Origin: Bacteroidia bacterium
GTDB taxonomy: Bacteria; Bacteroidota; Bacteroidia; NS11-12g; UBA955
Assembly (NCBI GenBank): GCA_044360435.1
Contig: JBIKKI010000001.1
Coordinates: 27,633-91,632 of the forward strand
Length of the DNA: 64,000 nt
Direction of reading: 5' to 3'
Positions 37,648-47,536 of this stretch are shown here, one piece after another. Every line of letters begins with the position of its first letter. Position 1 is the stretch's first letter. Made by a program: the position numbers and the translations under genes. Under the pieces are notes generated by a model. The model did not search any database, was not told the origin of the DNA, and saw only the letters and a list, made by a program, of their open reading frames with translations.

Positions 37648-37941
37648 ATGGTTTTTCGGAGTATAAACAGGATGGTCGTTGTCTCTGGATTGATAGAAAA
37701 TGGGCCAGAGTCCAAAAAAGACAACCTCGGCAGGGAACTGCTTTCCTTTTGGATGCGTGTTTCCGGTGACTTATATATGATTCAGTTCAGGGGGATGATG
37801 GTGCATCGGGCGCAACATGTTGCGCCTGGTATGCGTTTATTTGTTCAGGGGAACATGTTTTCCAAGTGTTTTACAGGAAAGGATGGCTTAAAACATCAGG
37901 TTCCATTAATTGTGGTATTTGATTTTGAGCTCGCCGACTAA
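37648..37941 (+). CDS. Small stand-alone SSB/PriB-like OB-fold protein (97 aa, no acidic tail)
   Basis: MVFRSINRMVVVSGLIENGPE versus the SSB start [20 protein letters not shown]. The C-terminal RLFVQGNMFSKCFTGKDGLKHQVPLIVVFDFELAD compares with PriB [30 protein letters not shown]. It is the only ORF in a 530-bp gap. Confidence 0.45.
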   Translation: MVFRSINRMVVVSGLIENGPESKKDNLGRELLSFWMRVSGDLYMIQFRGMMVHRAQHVAPGMRLFVQGNMFSKCFTGKDGLKHQVPLIVVFDFELAD

Positions 37942-38064
37942 CTGTATTCATAGGATCGTTTCGCCATAAACGTTGTGGCAGTTTTTTGCCGGGGTTGTTT
38001 TTAAACCTTGCACCTACAGAAGGTGGTTAGGGTTTCCCTTTGAAGCGTGTTACTTTTGTGCTTT

Positions 38065-39306
38065 ATGGATTATGTGCGGTTTACACTTGCCAACGGATTG
38101 CGGGTGATTCACCATCCAATACCAGAAAGCAACACTGTTACACTAAACATTTTGTACAATGTTGGCGCAAGAGATGAATCTCCGGAGAGAACCGGGTTTG
38201 CCCACCTTTTTGAACACTTAATGTTTGGTGGTTCGCTGCACATTCCCAATTATGATCAAGTTGTGGAGTGGGCCGGTGGGAATAACAATGCTTATACAAA
38301 CAACGATTTCACCAATTATTATGTCAATGTTCCCCTAGAAAATGCGGAACAGGCCTTTTGGCTGGAAAGTGATCGTATGTTGGGTTTGGCTTTTTCAGAA
38401 GAAAGCCTTCGTATTCAGAAAGGTGTTGTTATTGAAGAGTTTAAACAACGTTGTCACAATGCACCCTTCGGTATGTTATGGCATCATATCCGTGGATTGG
38501 CATACCATGTACATCCATACAGATGGCCGACTATTGGCTTGGATATAAACCATATTGAAACCGCCACTTTAGATGATGTTAAAGCATTCTATCATCAATT
38601 TTATCATCCAAACAATGCTGTTTTGTGTGTTGGAGGAGCGTTGAAAGAGGAGGAAACAAGGGAATATTGTGAACGTTGGTTTGGAAGTATTGACCGAATA
38701 GGGAAACGGAACCTAAACCAATATCCCGCAGAACCTGTTCAGGAGGGTCGTAGGTTTATGGAAACCACGGATTTACTTCCACAGAAGGCTGTTTTTCTGG
38801 CCTTTCGCACACCAGCATTCAATGATGGAGACTGGCCAACGGCCAGTTTGTTTTCCGAGTTAATTGGGGGAACAGAAACATCGCCTTTGTATGTTGAATT
38901 GGTGAAAAACAAGCGCCTGTTTTCAGCTGCTGAATCTTTTTACATGAAAGGCCTGAGTGAAGGATTGTTTGTGATTTATGGCATACTCGAAGACCATGTA
39001 GCACATGCTGCTGGAGAAGCCGCAATTCGTGAACTGCTAGATCATTATCGAAATACCCTTTTCCCCGATAATCACCTGTTACGGGCAAAACACCAGAGCT
39101 GCACAAGGCTGTTGTTTGAAGACACGAATGCGATGAATCGGGTTCAAAAACTGTGCTATTACGAGCACACCAACACACTAGAATCGGTTTTCCGTAAAGA
39201 GGTTTTGTTGTTACAAAGCGTCCAAGCAGATGATTTACGAACTTGGGCGGAATTGCATTTGACAGACTCCGCGGCTAACGTGGTTTACTATAGTCCGAAA
39301 AAATGA
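38065..39306 (+). CDS. Peptidase M16 (pitrilysin family), active subunit
   Basis: An inverted zinc motif HxxEH (GFAHLFEHLMFGG) and the downstream Glu region. The ORF track start is at 38047. Confidence 0.85.
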   Translation: MDYVRFTLANGLRVIHHPIPESNTVTLNILYNVGARDESPERTGFAHLFEHLMFGGSLHIPNYDQVVEWAGGNNNAYTNNDFTNYYVNVPLENAEQAFWLESDRMLGLAFSEESLRIQKGVVIEEFKQRCHNAPFGMLWHHIRGLAYHVHPYRWPTIGLDINHIETATLDDVKAFYHQFYHPNNAVLCVGGALKEEETREYCERWFGSIDRIGKRNLNQYPAEPVQEGRRFMETTDLLPQKAVFLAFRTPAFNDGDWPTASLFSELIGGTETSPLYVELVKNKRLFSAAESFYMKGLSEGLFVIYGILEDHVAHAAGEAAIRELLDHYRNTLFPDNHLLRAKHQSCTRLLFEDTNAMNRVQKLCYYEHTNTLESVFRKEVLLLQSVQADDLRTWAELHLTDSAANVVYYSPKK

Positions 39307-40577
39307 AGATAGATAGAACTACTGGCCCCGCCTTTGCGCCAATAAAACAATTAAGGTTTCCTCATACAGAGCCTCTGATCTTTGCTGGTGGAAGGAAGGC
39401 TTGGTTATACCCTACCAACGGAATAGGTGTTGCGAAACTGTACCTCCTTTTTCCCTATGGTTATAGAATTGCGCAAGAACCTTGGGTAATGAAAGCAGCC
39501 GGACAGTTGATGTTATCGGGTAATGAACTTTTCAGCGCAAGAACCATTCAAGAAGAATTAGAAACCATTGGTGCAACTATTGATATTCAAGTTGAAGCAC
39601 GTTATCACCAGGTGGTTATTAGCGCTGGCACAGAGCATTTGTCTGAAGCCTTGAGAATCTGGCTGAAATACAGCGGTAGTGTGGGTTTCCCGCAACAAGA
39701 ACTTGATGTATATGTCTCTGCCGCTTTAAGCGATTTACAGATGAAACAGACCACACCTCGTTATTGGGCTCATCGGCGTCTTATGGAGGCAATGTGTGGT
39801 ACGCAACACTACCTTGGAAGATTTTCTGAAGCCATTGACCTTCAGTCTATTAACCTTGATGGTTTAAAGTATTACTCGAGGTGTTTTTCTGCGGGTGTGC
39901 CCTGTTTTATGGTATTGTGTGGAGAAGCTTCTGCTGAGCATTTAGAAGCGTTGGCAGCTGCATTGGGAACCTCAAATTTTGAATTAAGCAGCCCTGAAGA
40001 TGTACAGGAACCTCTGGAACAAATGTTCTGGAACACACCCGTAGAACATACCAATCAGGCGAGTATTTCCTGGGGGCTTCCAGGGATAAAATTCTCTGAC
40101 GAGGAATATTACGAATTTTGGGTTTTAAACACGCTTCTAGGTGGTTTTTTTGGAAGTCGATTGATGAAGAATATCAGGGAAGAAAAAGGGTTGACGTACG
40201 GCATCCATTCTTCTCTTGTAAACCATGGTTTTGGATACCATTGGTATATTTCCAGTGAAGTAAAAGCTGGCAATGTGGCTTTGGTAAACGACGAAATACG
40301 CAAAGAGCTTCAAAGGCTGTCATCAGAACATGCGTCACATGAAGAGTTAGAAAAAGTAAAACGCTATTTATGCGGCAATCTTAAAATGAGTTTTGACGGC
40401 GTGTTTAGTATGGCGGCCAAGCGCCGGGATTTGATTCTTTTCAATAGATCTGAAACATTCTACGAACACGCAATTGCCGGAATCACAGCTACAAACCCAG
40501 AGAGGATCAAAGAACTTGCTGGCAATTTTCTAAAACCGGACGCGTTTTATGTTTCTGTTGCCGGGGTAACACAATAG
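39303..40577 (+). CDS. Peptidase M16 family, second (probably non-catalytic) subunit
   Basis: M16 fold-like sequence without HxxEH. It overlaps the upstream M16 gene by 4 nt, a typical two-gene M16 arrangement. Confidence 0.75.
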   Translation: MKIDRTTGPAFAPIKQLRFPHTEPLIFAGGRKAWLYPTNGIGVAKLYLLFPYGYRIAQEPWVMKAAGQLMLSGNELFSARTIQEELETIGATIDIQVEARYHQVVISAGTEHLSEALRIWLKYSGSVGFPQQELDVYVSAALSDLQMKQTTPRYWAHRRLMEAMCGTQHYLGRFSEAIDLQSINLDGLKYYSRCFSAGVPCFMVLCGEASAEHLEALAAALGTSNFELSSPEDVQEPLEQMFWNTPVEHTNQASISWGLPGIKFSDEEYYEFWVLNTLLGGFFGSRLMKNIREEKGLTYGIHSSLVNHGFGYHWYISSEVKAGNVALVNDEIRKELQRLSSEHASHEELEKVKRYLCGNLKMSFDGVFSMAAKRRDLILFNRSETFYEHAIAGITATNPERIKELAGNFLKPDAFYVSVAGVTQ

Positions 40578-40584
40578 TTGAACA

Positions 40585-42318
40585 TTGAAGCGTTTCCTTT
40601 ACCATATTGTATTCTTCATACACGGAATGGCCGCTTCTATTGTTTATGGCCAAAACAATCCTGATATCAGAAGAATTTGTCTCGACAGAATCAATGGAAC
40701 AGTATCTATTTTTTGGAGTGCATCAAATGCTTCGTGTTCCACGTTTTCTGCTTATGAGATATGGGGTCGTGAAGACACAACAAACCTCTTCATCTTCCTT
40801 AAATCTGAAGTAAACAGAACAACCACAAGCAGTGTCATTGCTTTACCTAATCAAAAGCGGTGGCAATTTTACATTATAGCCAAATATGGTTGTTCCGGTT
40901 TTCCCAGTTACCACTCCGACACAGTTTTTATTGATGACCAGGAACCGCTTCCTGTGGCTTTGGATTCGGTAAGTATTGACTTGTTCGATCAGAAGATTGT
41001 TGTTGGTTGGCAGAAAAGCTTAGCTAAAGACTTACAGGGTTACTTTCTTTACAAAGTGGGGTCAAGCAACGCCATAATAGCTGATACAAACGCCACCATT
41101 TACAAATTCTCCAACCTGGTTTCGTCTGGCACGGGAAACCGTATTTCGATAGCGGCATATGATAGCTGTATGCAAGCGGGTTTAATCAGCGGATACCATG
41201 AACCTGTTTTGCTTTCAAAGTACGATTCAAATTATTGCCAAAAACTTTTTAACCTTAGATTTTCTCCATACATAGGTTGGTCGGTTTCTAAATATGAAGT
41301 TTACGTTTGGGAAGAAGGATCTGTAGGTTACGAGAAATTAAAAACACTTACTCCAACTGATATTCTGTCATTTGAAGTGGTGCTTAAAAAACGAAATGTC
41401 CCTTTCAAGTGCTTCGTACGGGCTTTTAATCTTGATGGAACTATAAGTAGTTCTTCAAACATTTTAACCTTAAGAAACGACAGCAGTGCAACGCATACAT
41501 ACGCAAGAATCAAACGGGTCAGTGAATTAAATAAAACCATAGAAATACGTGCAGAATTCGACAATCCCAATGGAAAGATAAACAATGCTTCAATATTCAT
41601 GAGCACGGATGGTTTCACGTGGAACATGTTGACCCAATCATCTTCTTCGCCCTTCAAGGGGTTCGTGGCAAACAGACCGGTTAATCTGTATTACTTTAAA
41701 CTTGTAGTTGAAGACAACTGCGGCAATAAAATTCAAGGCGATCCAATATCTAATAATCTTATATTAAACCACAACCAGCCCTCTGGAACATTAACATGGA
41801 ATAGCTATTCCTATTGGGAACACGGAGTTCAAGACTATTCAGTACTTGAGGGTACATTGGATTCCCGACTTTCCACGTGGAACATTAACCAGGTCTATAC
41901 TGACAACTCCCAGGCTCATGTTATACAAAGCAGTAACGACAAAGCACGCTGCTATTGCATTTTAGCCACAGCGGTAAAACACCCGATCAATGGCCAGGTC
42001 GATAGTTCTTATTCAAACATTATATGTCCCTACAACACCACACAAGTATATGTGCCGAATTCATTTACACCCAACAATGATGGTAAAAATGAAACATTTA
42101 CGGCATATGGTTCGAATTTGGATTTAGACCGATCAGAAATAACCATTGTGAACCGCTGGGGTGAAATCATAACCACAATGTCTTTACGCGAAGGTTGGAA
42201 TGGCAAAGATCGAATGAACAACTATTGCCCAACCGGTATATATGCCTATATCATTAGAGCGGTACTTAACGACGGCACCCACTATCAAATTCAAGGAACT
42301 ACTTTACTTATACAATAA
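40585..42318 (+). CDS. Secreted protein with a T9SS type-B C-terminal sorting domain (gliding-motility-associated C-terminal domain)
   Basis: The C-terminus VYVPNSFTPNNDGKNETFTAY...VNRWGEII...GWNGK...GIYAYII is the classic CHU_C/type-B CTD. It has an N-terminal signal peptide and low-GC, N/S-rich composition. Confidence 0.8.
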   Translation: MKRFLYHIVFFIHGMAASIVYGQNNPDIRRICLDRINGTVSIFWSASNASCSTFSAYEIWGREDTTNLFIFLKSEVNRTTTSSVIALPNQKRWQFYIIAKYGCSGFPSYHSDTVFIDDQEPLPVALDSVSIDLFDQKIVVGWQKSLAKDLQGYFLYKVGSSNAIIADTNATIYKFSNLVSSGTGNRISIAAYDSCMQAGLISGYHEPVLLSKYDSNYCQKLFNLRFSPYIGWSVSKYEVYVWEEGSVGYEKLKTLTPTDILSFEVVLKKRNVPFKCFVRAFNLDGTISSSSNILTLRNDSSATHTYARIKRVSELNKTIEIRAEFDNPNGKINNASIFMSTDGFTWNMLTQSSSSPFKGFVANRPVNLYYFKLVVEDNCGNKIQGDPISNNLILNHNQPSGTLTWNSYSYWEHGVQDYSVLEGTLDSRLSTWNINQVYTDNSQAHVIQSSNDKARCYCILATAVKHPINGQVDSSYSNIICPYNTTQVYVPNSFTPNNDGKNETFTAYGSNLDLDRSEITIVNRWGEIITTMSLREGWNGKDRMNNYCPTGIYAYIIRAVLNDGTHYQIQGTTLLIQ

Positions 42319-42320
42319 TC

Positions 42321-42779
42321 ATGAACACCTTTGCATTCGAAAACAAACCCGATTGGTACAGGCGAAAGAACATTCACAAACGAACATTACGTAGCCTCCT
42401 ACACCAACTGTTCAAAGACTTCGGGTTCCACGTGAAACATGTTTCATTCATTCTATTAAATGACGAAGCCCTACTTCAGATAAATCGAAAGTATCTAAAA
42501 CACGATTATTACACTGATGTTATCACATTTAATCTTAGCGAAAATCAGGATTTTATAGTTGGGGAGGTTTATATGAGCATGGATACAATCAAGTCTAATG
42601 CCGCCCGATTTAACTGTTCCATAAAGGATGAGTTTTTACGTGTGACGATTCATTCCTGTTTGCACCTCTGCGGACTTAATGACGAAAACGAAAATCAGCA
42701 AAAAGAAATGCGTCATAAAGAAGATTACTACATACAAAGATTCTACGAAATCGATACAGAAGAACAAGGAGATGAATAA
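42321..42779 (+). CDS. ybeY: rRNA maturation endoribonuclease YbeY
   Basis: HSCLHLCGLND (H..HL.G.D) is the zinc motif. 152 aa. Confidence 0.9.
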   Translation: MNTFAFENKPDWYRRKNIHKRTLRSLLHQLFKDFGFHVKHVSFILLNDEALLQINRKYLKHDYYTDVITFNLSENQDFIVGEVYMSMDTIKSNAARFNCSIKDEFLRVTIHSCLHLCGLNDENENQQKEMRHKEDYYIQRFYEIDTEEQGDE

Positions 42780-44637
42780 CAATCAGCACTACGACATTAT
42801 TGTAATTGGCGCAGGTCACGCTGGTTGCGAAGCTGCTGCTACCGCTGCCAATCTAGGTTCAAAAGTCCTATTGGTTACTATGAATATGGAAACAATAGGA
42901 AGGATGAGTTGCAATCCTGCAATGGGCGGCGTTGCTAAAGGACAAATTGTTAGGGAAATAGATGCACTTGGTGGCTATTCCGGCATTATTACTGATGAAA
43001 CAACCATCCAGTTTCGCATGCTAAACAGGTCTAAGGGACCAGCCATGTGGAGTCCTCGCGCCCAAAATGACAGATGGCGCTTTGCCGAAAGGTGGCGATT
43101 ACAACTTGAACAACTTCACAACATATCCTTCATCCAAGACTCAGTAAAAGAAATACTGATTGACCATAACAAAGCCATAGGTATTACAACAGCCCTTGGG
43201 GTCAAATTCACAGCTAAAGCAACGATCCTTACTGCAGGAACCTTCCTGAATGGTGTAGTGCACGTGGGACTCAACAATTCCTCAGGTGGACGCATGGGTG
43301 AACCTGCCGCTACCGGAGTAAGCGAGCAATTACGCTCCCTCGGATTCACTACCGGCAGAATGAAAACCGGTACTCCACCTAGAATTGACGGCCGAACAAT
43401 CGACTACTCCTCCTTGGAAGAACAGGCCGGAGATGAAGAAGCTTTCCGCTTTAGCTTCCTGGAAACCCAACGATTGTTGCCTCAAAGGAGTTGCTTTATA
43501 ACGTATACCAATCCATCCGTTCACGAAATTCTCCAAGAAGGATTCTTAGAATCACCAATGTATACGGGTAGAATCCAAGGTCTTGGTCCAAGATACTGTC
43601 CAAGTATTGAAGATAAAATCAACCGCTTCGCTGAAAGAGACCGGCATCAAATATTTGTAGAACCCGAAGGATCCGATACCGTTGAGGTTTATTTAAACGG
43701 CTTTTCTACATCTCTGCCACATAACATTCAGCTTCGTGCACTTCACGAAATCCCTGGGTTTCGTCAGGCTAAAATTTTTCGTCCTGGATATGCTATTGAA
43801 TATGATTTCTTCCAACCAACCCAACTACACAACACATTAGAAACCAAACATATAGCAAGCCTTTATTTTGCTGGTCAAGTAAATGGAACTACTGGTTACG
43901 AGGAAGCAGCTTGCCAAGGATTGATGGCCGGTATTAATGCTCATCTTAAAATAAACGAACAAGAAGCTTTTGTTCTAAAACGCAATGAAGCTTACATAGG
44001 TGTACTCATTGATGACCTAATTAACAAAGGAACCGAAGAACCTTACAGGATGTTTACATCCCGAGCTGAATATCGTTTAAGTCTTCGTCAAGACAATGCT
44101 GATATTCGCCTTACCGAAAAATCAAATAACATAGGACTGGCCTCCGACGAGCGGTTAAAACGTACAGAACAAAAAAAGCAACACGCATCAGAGATTCTAC
44201 ATATACTGAACAAGAAGTGTATTGACATCGATGCAGTTAATGAATACCTCACACAAGTCAACACCTCAACAATATCAGAACCAACTTCATATACAAAACT
44301 CCTCTCACGCCCCCAAACAGACATTCGCTCGCTTAGCCACTTACCAGAATTAAATGACCACCTTTTACCCTACCCTCCAGAGCATCAACAAGAAGCCGAA
44401 ATAAGGATCAAATACCAAACGTACATAGAAAAAGAGAACGAACAAGCAGAGCGACTCAATAAACTGGAACACTTAACAATACCAACCGGATTTAAATATC
44501 AAGAACTCAAAGCACTTTCCGCAGAAGCAAGAGAAAAGCTCAACAACATTAAACCAAATACCATTGGTCAAGCATCACGCATTAGTGGTATTTCACCAGC
44601 CGATATATCCATATTACTTGTACACTTTGGACGCTAA
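42772..44637 (+). CDS. mnmG: tRNA uridine-5-carboxymethylaminomethyl modification enzyme MnmG (GidA)
   Basis: FAD motif YDIIVIGAGHAGCEAA, with GidA-family conservation throughout. Its start overlaps the ybeY stop (GATGAATAA). Confidence 0.95.
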   Translation: MNNNQHYDIIVIGAGHAGCEAAATAANLGSKVLLVTMNMETIGRMSCNPAMGGVAKGQIVREIDALGGYSGIITDETTIQFRMLNRSKGPAMWSPRAQNDRWRFAERWRLQLEQLHNISFIQDSVKEILIDHNKAIGITTALGVKFTAKATILTAGTFLNGVVHVGLNNSSGGRMGEPAATGVSEQLRSLGFTTGRMKTGTPPRIDGRTIDYSSLEEQAGDEEAFRFSFLETQRLLPQRSCFITYTNPSVHEILQEGFLESPMYTGRIQGLGPRYCPSIEDKINRFAERDRHQIFVEPEGSDTVEVYLNGFSTSLPHNIQLRALHEIPGFRQAKIFRPGYAIEYDFFQPTQLHNTLETKHIASLYFAGQVNGTTGYEEAACQGLMAGINAHLKINEQEAFVLKRNEAYIGVLIDDLINKGTEEPYRMFTSRAEYRLSLRQDNADIRLTEKSNNIGLASDERLKRTEQKKQHASEILHILNKKCIDIDAVNEYLTQVNTSTISEPTSYTKLLSRPQTDIRSLSHLPELNDHLLPYPPEHQQEAEIRIKYQTYIEKENEQAERLNKLEHLTIPTGFKYQELKALSAEAREKLNNIKPNTIGQASRISGISPADISILLVHFGR

Positions 44638-46120
44638 AAAATTCCTCCGCCTGCTGTTTCCAACATTGGCTCTTTTCACCAACTGCGCTAATCCAGTATT
44701 GCCCACAGGAGGTAACAAAGACAGCATACCTCCAAAAATTCTTCAGATACATACAAGTGGCTCAATACCAAAATCCGGTAGCCTTACAATAACTTTTAAT
44801 GAAAACATTCAACTGAACAATCCAGAGCAACTCATACTTACAACACCAAAGATTCACGAAATAAAATACAGGGTAACTCTAAACCGTCTAGAAATTTCTC
44901 TCCATATTTCCGACTCATTACAAAAGAATAAGCAGGAAGACAAGAGCTACCTTCAAATACTGCCTGGCTGCATACAAGATCTTAATGAAAAAAATAAATT
45001 TCCAGAAACCATTTTAGTACCGCTGAAACAACCCTTTACCTTAGACTCAAACTTATTCACCGGAACAATCAATAACATCCTGCTCCCAAATAAAACCAAC
45101 CTCAAAGCATTCGTCTATAACGATACATTCCATAAGAATGAAAAAAATCAAATGGAATACACTCAAATTTATGATGGCTCCAAATTTGCTCTTCCCATCA
45201 TATGGATGGTTAAAAACAAAAGCATCCTATTCCTGGATGACGTCAATAAAAACCATTCGATCGATACCAACGAATACTACACGATTCATAAGCTCATCAA
45301 AGATTCTGCTCAAGCATTAAACTTCAGCTATTCCAGTTACCCAGAAAAATTAAAACTCCAAGTCTTTAGATACGGCAATTCAGGCATGATAACGGGTTTA
45401 TCAGGAAGTAAAATAATAGTCCCAAATAACACTCCATATCATCCAGATACCGCCCTTATTTCCATTTTAGATACTATAAATCCTATAAACATTATAGATG
45501 AACACGGATACAATTACAACCTAAAAGCAGTATTAACTGAGTGGGTCACTGCATTTCATTTTGAACCTGATAACGATACCTCACAATTTAAAACAATCAC
45601 AATAAATCACACAATACCAAAAGAAAACAAAGACACCATTGTAGTCTACGCCGGCAAAGACAGCAGTAAACAAATAATTCATTTATTACCTCCAAATAAA
45701 ATAATCACTAATAGTTTTAAATCCAATGCAACCAAAATCATATTCAATAAACTTCACAATCATATTAATACAAAACAATTAACTCCTCGCATTGAACTGC
45801 AAATACCGAATAAACCGGAGAAACTGGGAACTATCCAATTTTCCAGACCAGAAAACGATTCAACATCCTACATTCTTTACTTACTTTCTAAAAAATACAA
45901 TTACACCTTTTACTTTCCAGGAAACCTGAAACAACAAACCATACAAGCGCCTGAAGGGTTATACGATTGCATCATAGCCTCTGATATCGACCGCAATGCA
46001 TATTTTACCCGTGCATCTATAACGCAAAACATCCAAGAAGAACCAGCTTTCTTAATACAGAACATCAGCATTAACACAAGATTAGAAAACACCATCATCA
46101 TTAATAATATGAACAAATGA
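44627..46120 (+). CDS. Hypothetical lipoprotein (low-GC, N/I/K-rich)
   Basis: If started at TTG 44627 (MDAKKFLRLLFPTLALFTNC) it has a proper signal peptide and lipobox. The ORF track gives 44564, which overlaps mnmG. No recognisable domain. Confidence 0.5.
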   Translation: MDAKKFLRLLFPTLALFTNCANPVLPTGGNKDSIPPKILQIHTSGSIPKSGSLTITFNENIQLNNPEQLILTTPKIHEIKYRVTLNRLEISLHISDSLQKNKQEDKSYLQILPGCIQDLNEKNKFPETILVPLKQPFTLDSNLFTGTINNILLPNKTNLKAFVYNDTFHKNEKNQMEYTQIYDGSKFALPIIWMVKNKSILFLDDVNKNHSIDTNEYYTIHKLIKDSAQALNFSYSSYPEKLKLQVFRYGNSGMITGLSGSKIIVPNNTPYHPDTALISILDTINPINIIDEHGYNYNLKAVLTEWVTAFHFEPDNDTSQFKTITINHTIPKENKDTIVVYAGKDSSKQIIHLLPPNKIITNSFKSNATKIIFNKLHNHINTKQLTPRIELQIPNKPEKLGTIQFSRPENDSTSYILYLLSKKYNYTFYFPGNLKQQTIQAPEGLYDCIIASDIDRNAYFTRASITQNIQEEPAFLIQNISINTRLENTIIINNMNK

Positions 46121-46507
46121 TGGCAGAAAAGAACCTATACTGACATGAATAACTATCCAATTTGTATGGATAAATAAACAACCGAATCCAATATGTTAAT
46201 TCGCGTTAATAAGGACCCTATTTAACCCCAACCTATTAACCAGAATTATCATCAACAAAACCCTGTGCAATAACAATATTTATCAATAATCTCCACAATA
46301 TTCGAATATAAAACATTGATAATCAATGACTTACAAAAATTAAAGACCACATCCCATGTTTGAAAACTAACTATAGCAGTACTTCAAAACCTCTTAATCC
46401 ACAAATCCACAGCCAATAATTATTTACTATAACTAATTTAAAGGTATTATTTCTTCTTTCTCTGTTGATGAAACTCCGTAAAGTGCCTAAGACTTATTAA
46501 GCAGGAA

Positions 46508-47536
46508 ATGAATAGTTTTGCTGAAGAAATGGAACAGCGAATAGTCAGCATACGCAAACAGTTGGAACAGCTCATCGAGGAGAACAATGTGGGTGCTGAG
46601 GAATTCCGACTGAAGTTTCTCGCCAAGAAAGGCCTCATTCAGTTGGAAATGGATGCTTTCAAGAATCTTGCTTCTGATGAGAAGAAACGTTTCGGTAAAG
46701 ACCTTAATGAACTGAAGCGAAGTGCTGAGGAGTTTTTTGCGCGCCTTCAAGAGCGGGAATCAGAAAAGGCTGCGCTTGTACCAGAAGATGCATTTCACTT
46801 GCCTGTTTACCTCAACGAGCCTGGGGGAAAGCATCCTATAAACCTTGTTCGCGATGAACTAGTACAAATATTCCACAAGCTGGGTTTTGAACATGTGGAA
46901 GGTCCTGAATTGGAAGATGATTGGCACAACTTTGGCGCACTGAATTTTGCTGAAAACCATCCTGCACGAGACATGCAGGATACATTTTTTGCCGGCACAT
47001 CGGTACTCCGAACACATACGAGCAGTGTTCAAATTCGTGAAATGGAGCAGAGAACTCCCCCAATGAGGCTGATAATGCCTGGCAGGGTGTTTAGAAATGA
47101 GGCTGTAAGTGCGCGCAGTAATTGCTTTTTTCATCAGCTGGAGGGTTTATATATCGACAAGGATGTCAGCTTCGGAGATTTGAAACAGACCTTATTTTAT
47201 TTCATTCAGGAGCTTTTCGGTCCTCAGGCCAAGGTACGCTTCCGACCCAGCTACTTTCCTTTTACTGAACCAAGTGCAGAATTGGACGTGTGGGTAGGAA
47301 CAGATACAGAAGATGACTACCGACTCACGAAAGGTACAGGGTGGCTGGAAATTTTAGGTTGCGGAATGGTGCATCCCAATGTGCTGAAGAATTGTGACAT
47401 TGATCCTGAGGTCTACAGTGGTTTTGCTTTTGGTCTTGGTCTCGATCGCATATGTATGTTGCGATACGGTGTTAAGGACATAAGAGATTTTTTCACAGGA
47501 GATATAAGATTCCTCAGTCAATTTGTCTCCCTCTGA
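46508..47536 (+). CDS. pheS: Phenylalanine--tRNA ligase alpha subunit
   Basis: Class-II aaRS motifs (FRNEAVSARSNCFFHQLEGL, GLGLDRICMLRYG). Confidence 0.95.
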   Translation: MNSFAEEMEQRIVSIRKQLEQLIEENNVGAEEFRLKFLAKKGLIQLEMDAFKNLASDEKKRFGKDLNELKRSAEEFFARLQERESEKAALVPEDAFHLPVYLNEPGGKHPINLVRDELVQIFHKLGFEHVEGPELEDDWHNFGALNFAENHPARDMQDTFFAGTSVLRTHTSSVQIREMEQRTPPMRLIMPGRVFRNEAVSARSNCFFHQLEGLYIDKDVSFGDLKQTLFYFIQELFGPQAKVRFRPSYFPFTEPSAELDVWVGTDTEDDYRLTKGTGWLEILGCGMVHPNVLKNCDIDPEVYSGFAFGLGLDRICMLRYGVKDIRDFFTGDIRFLSQFVSL

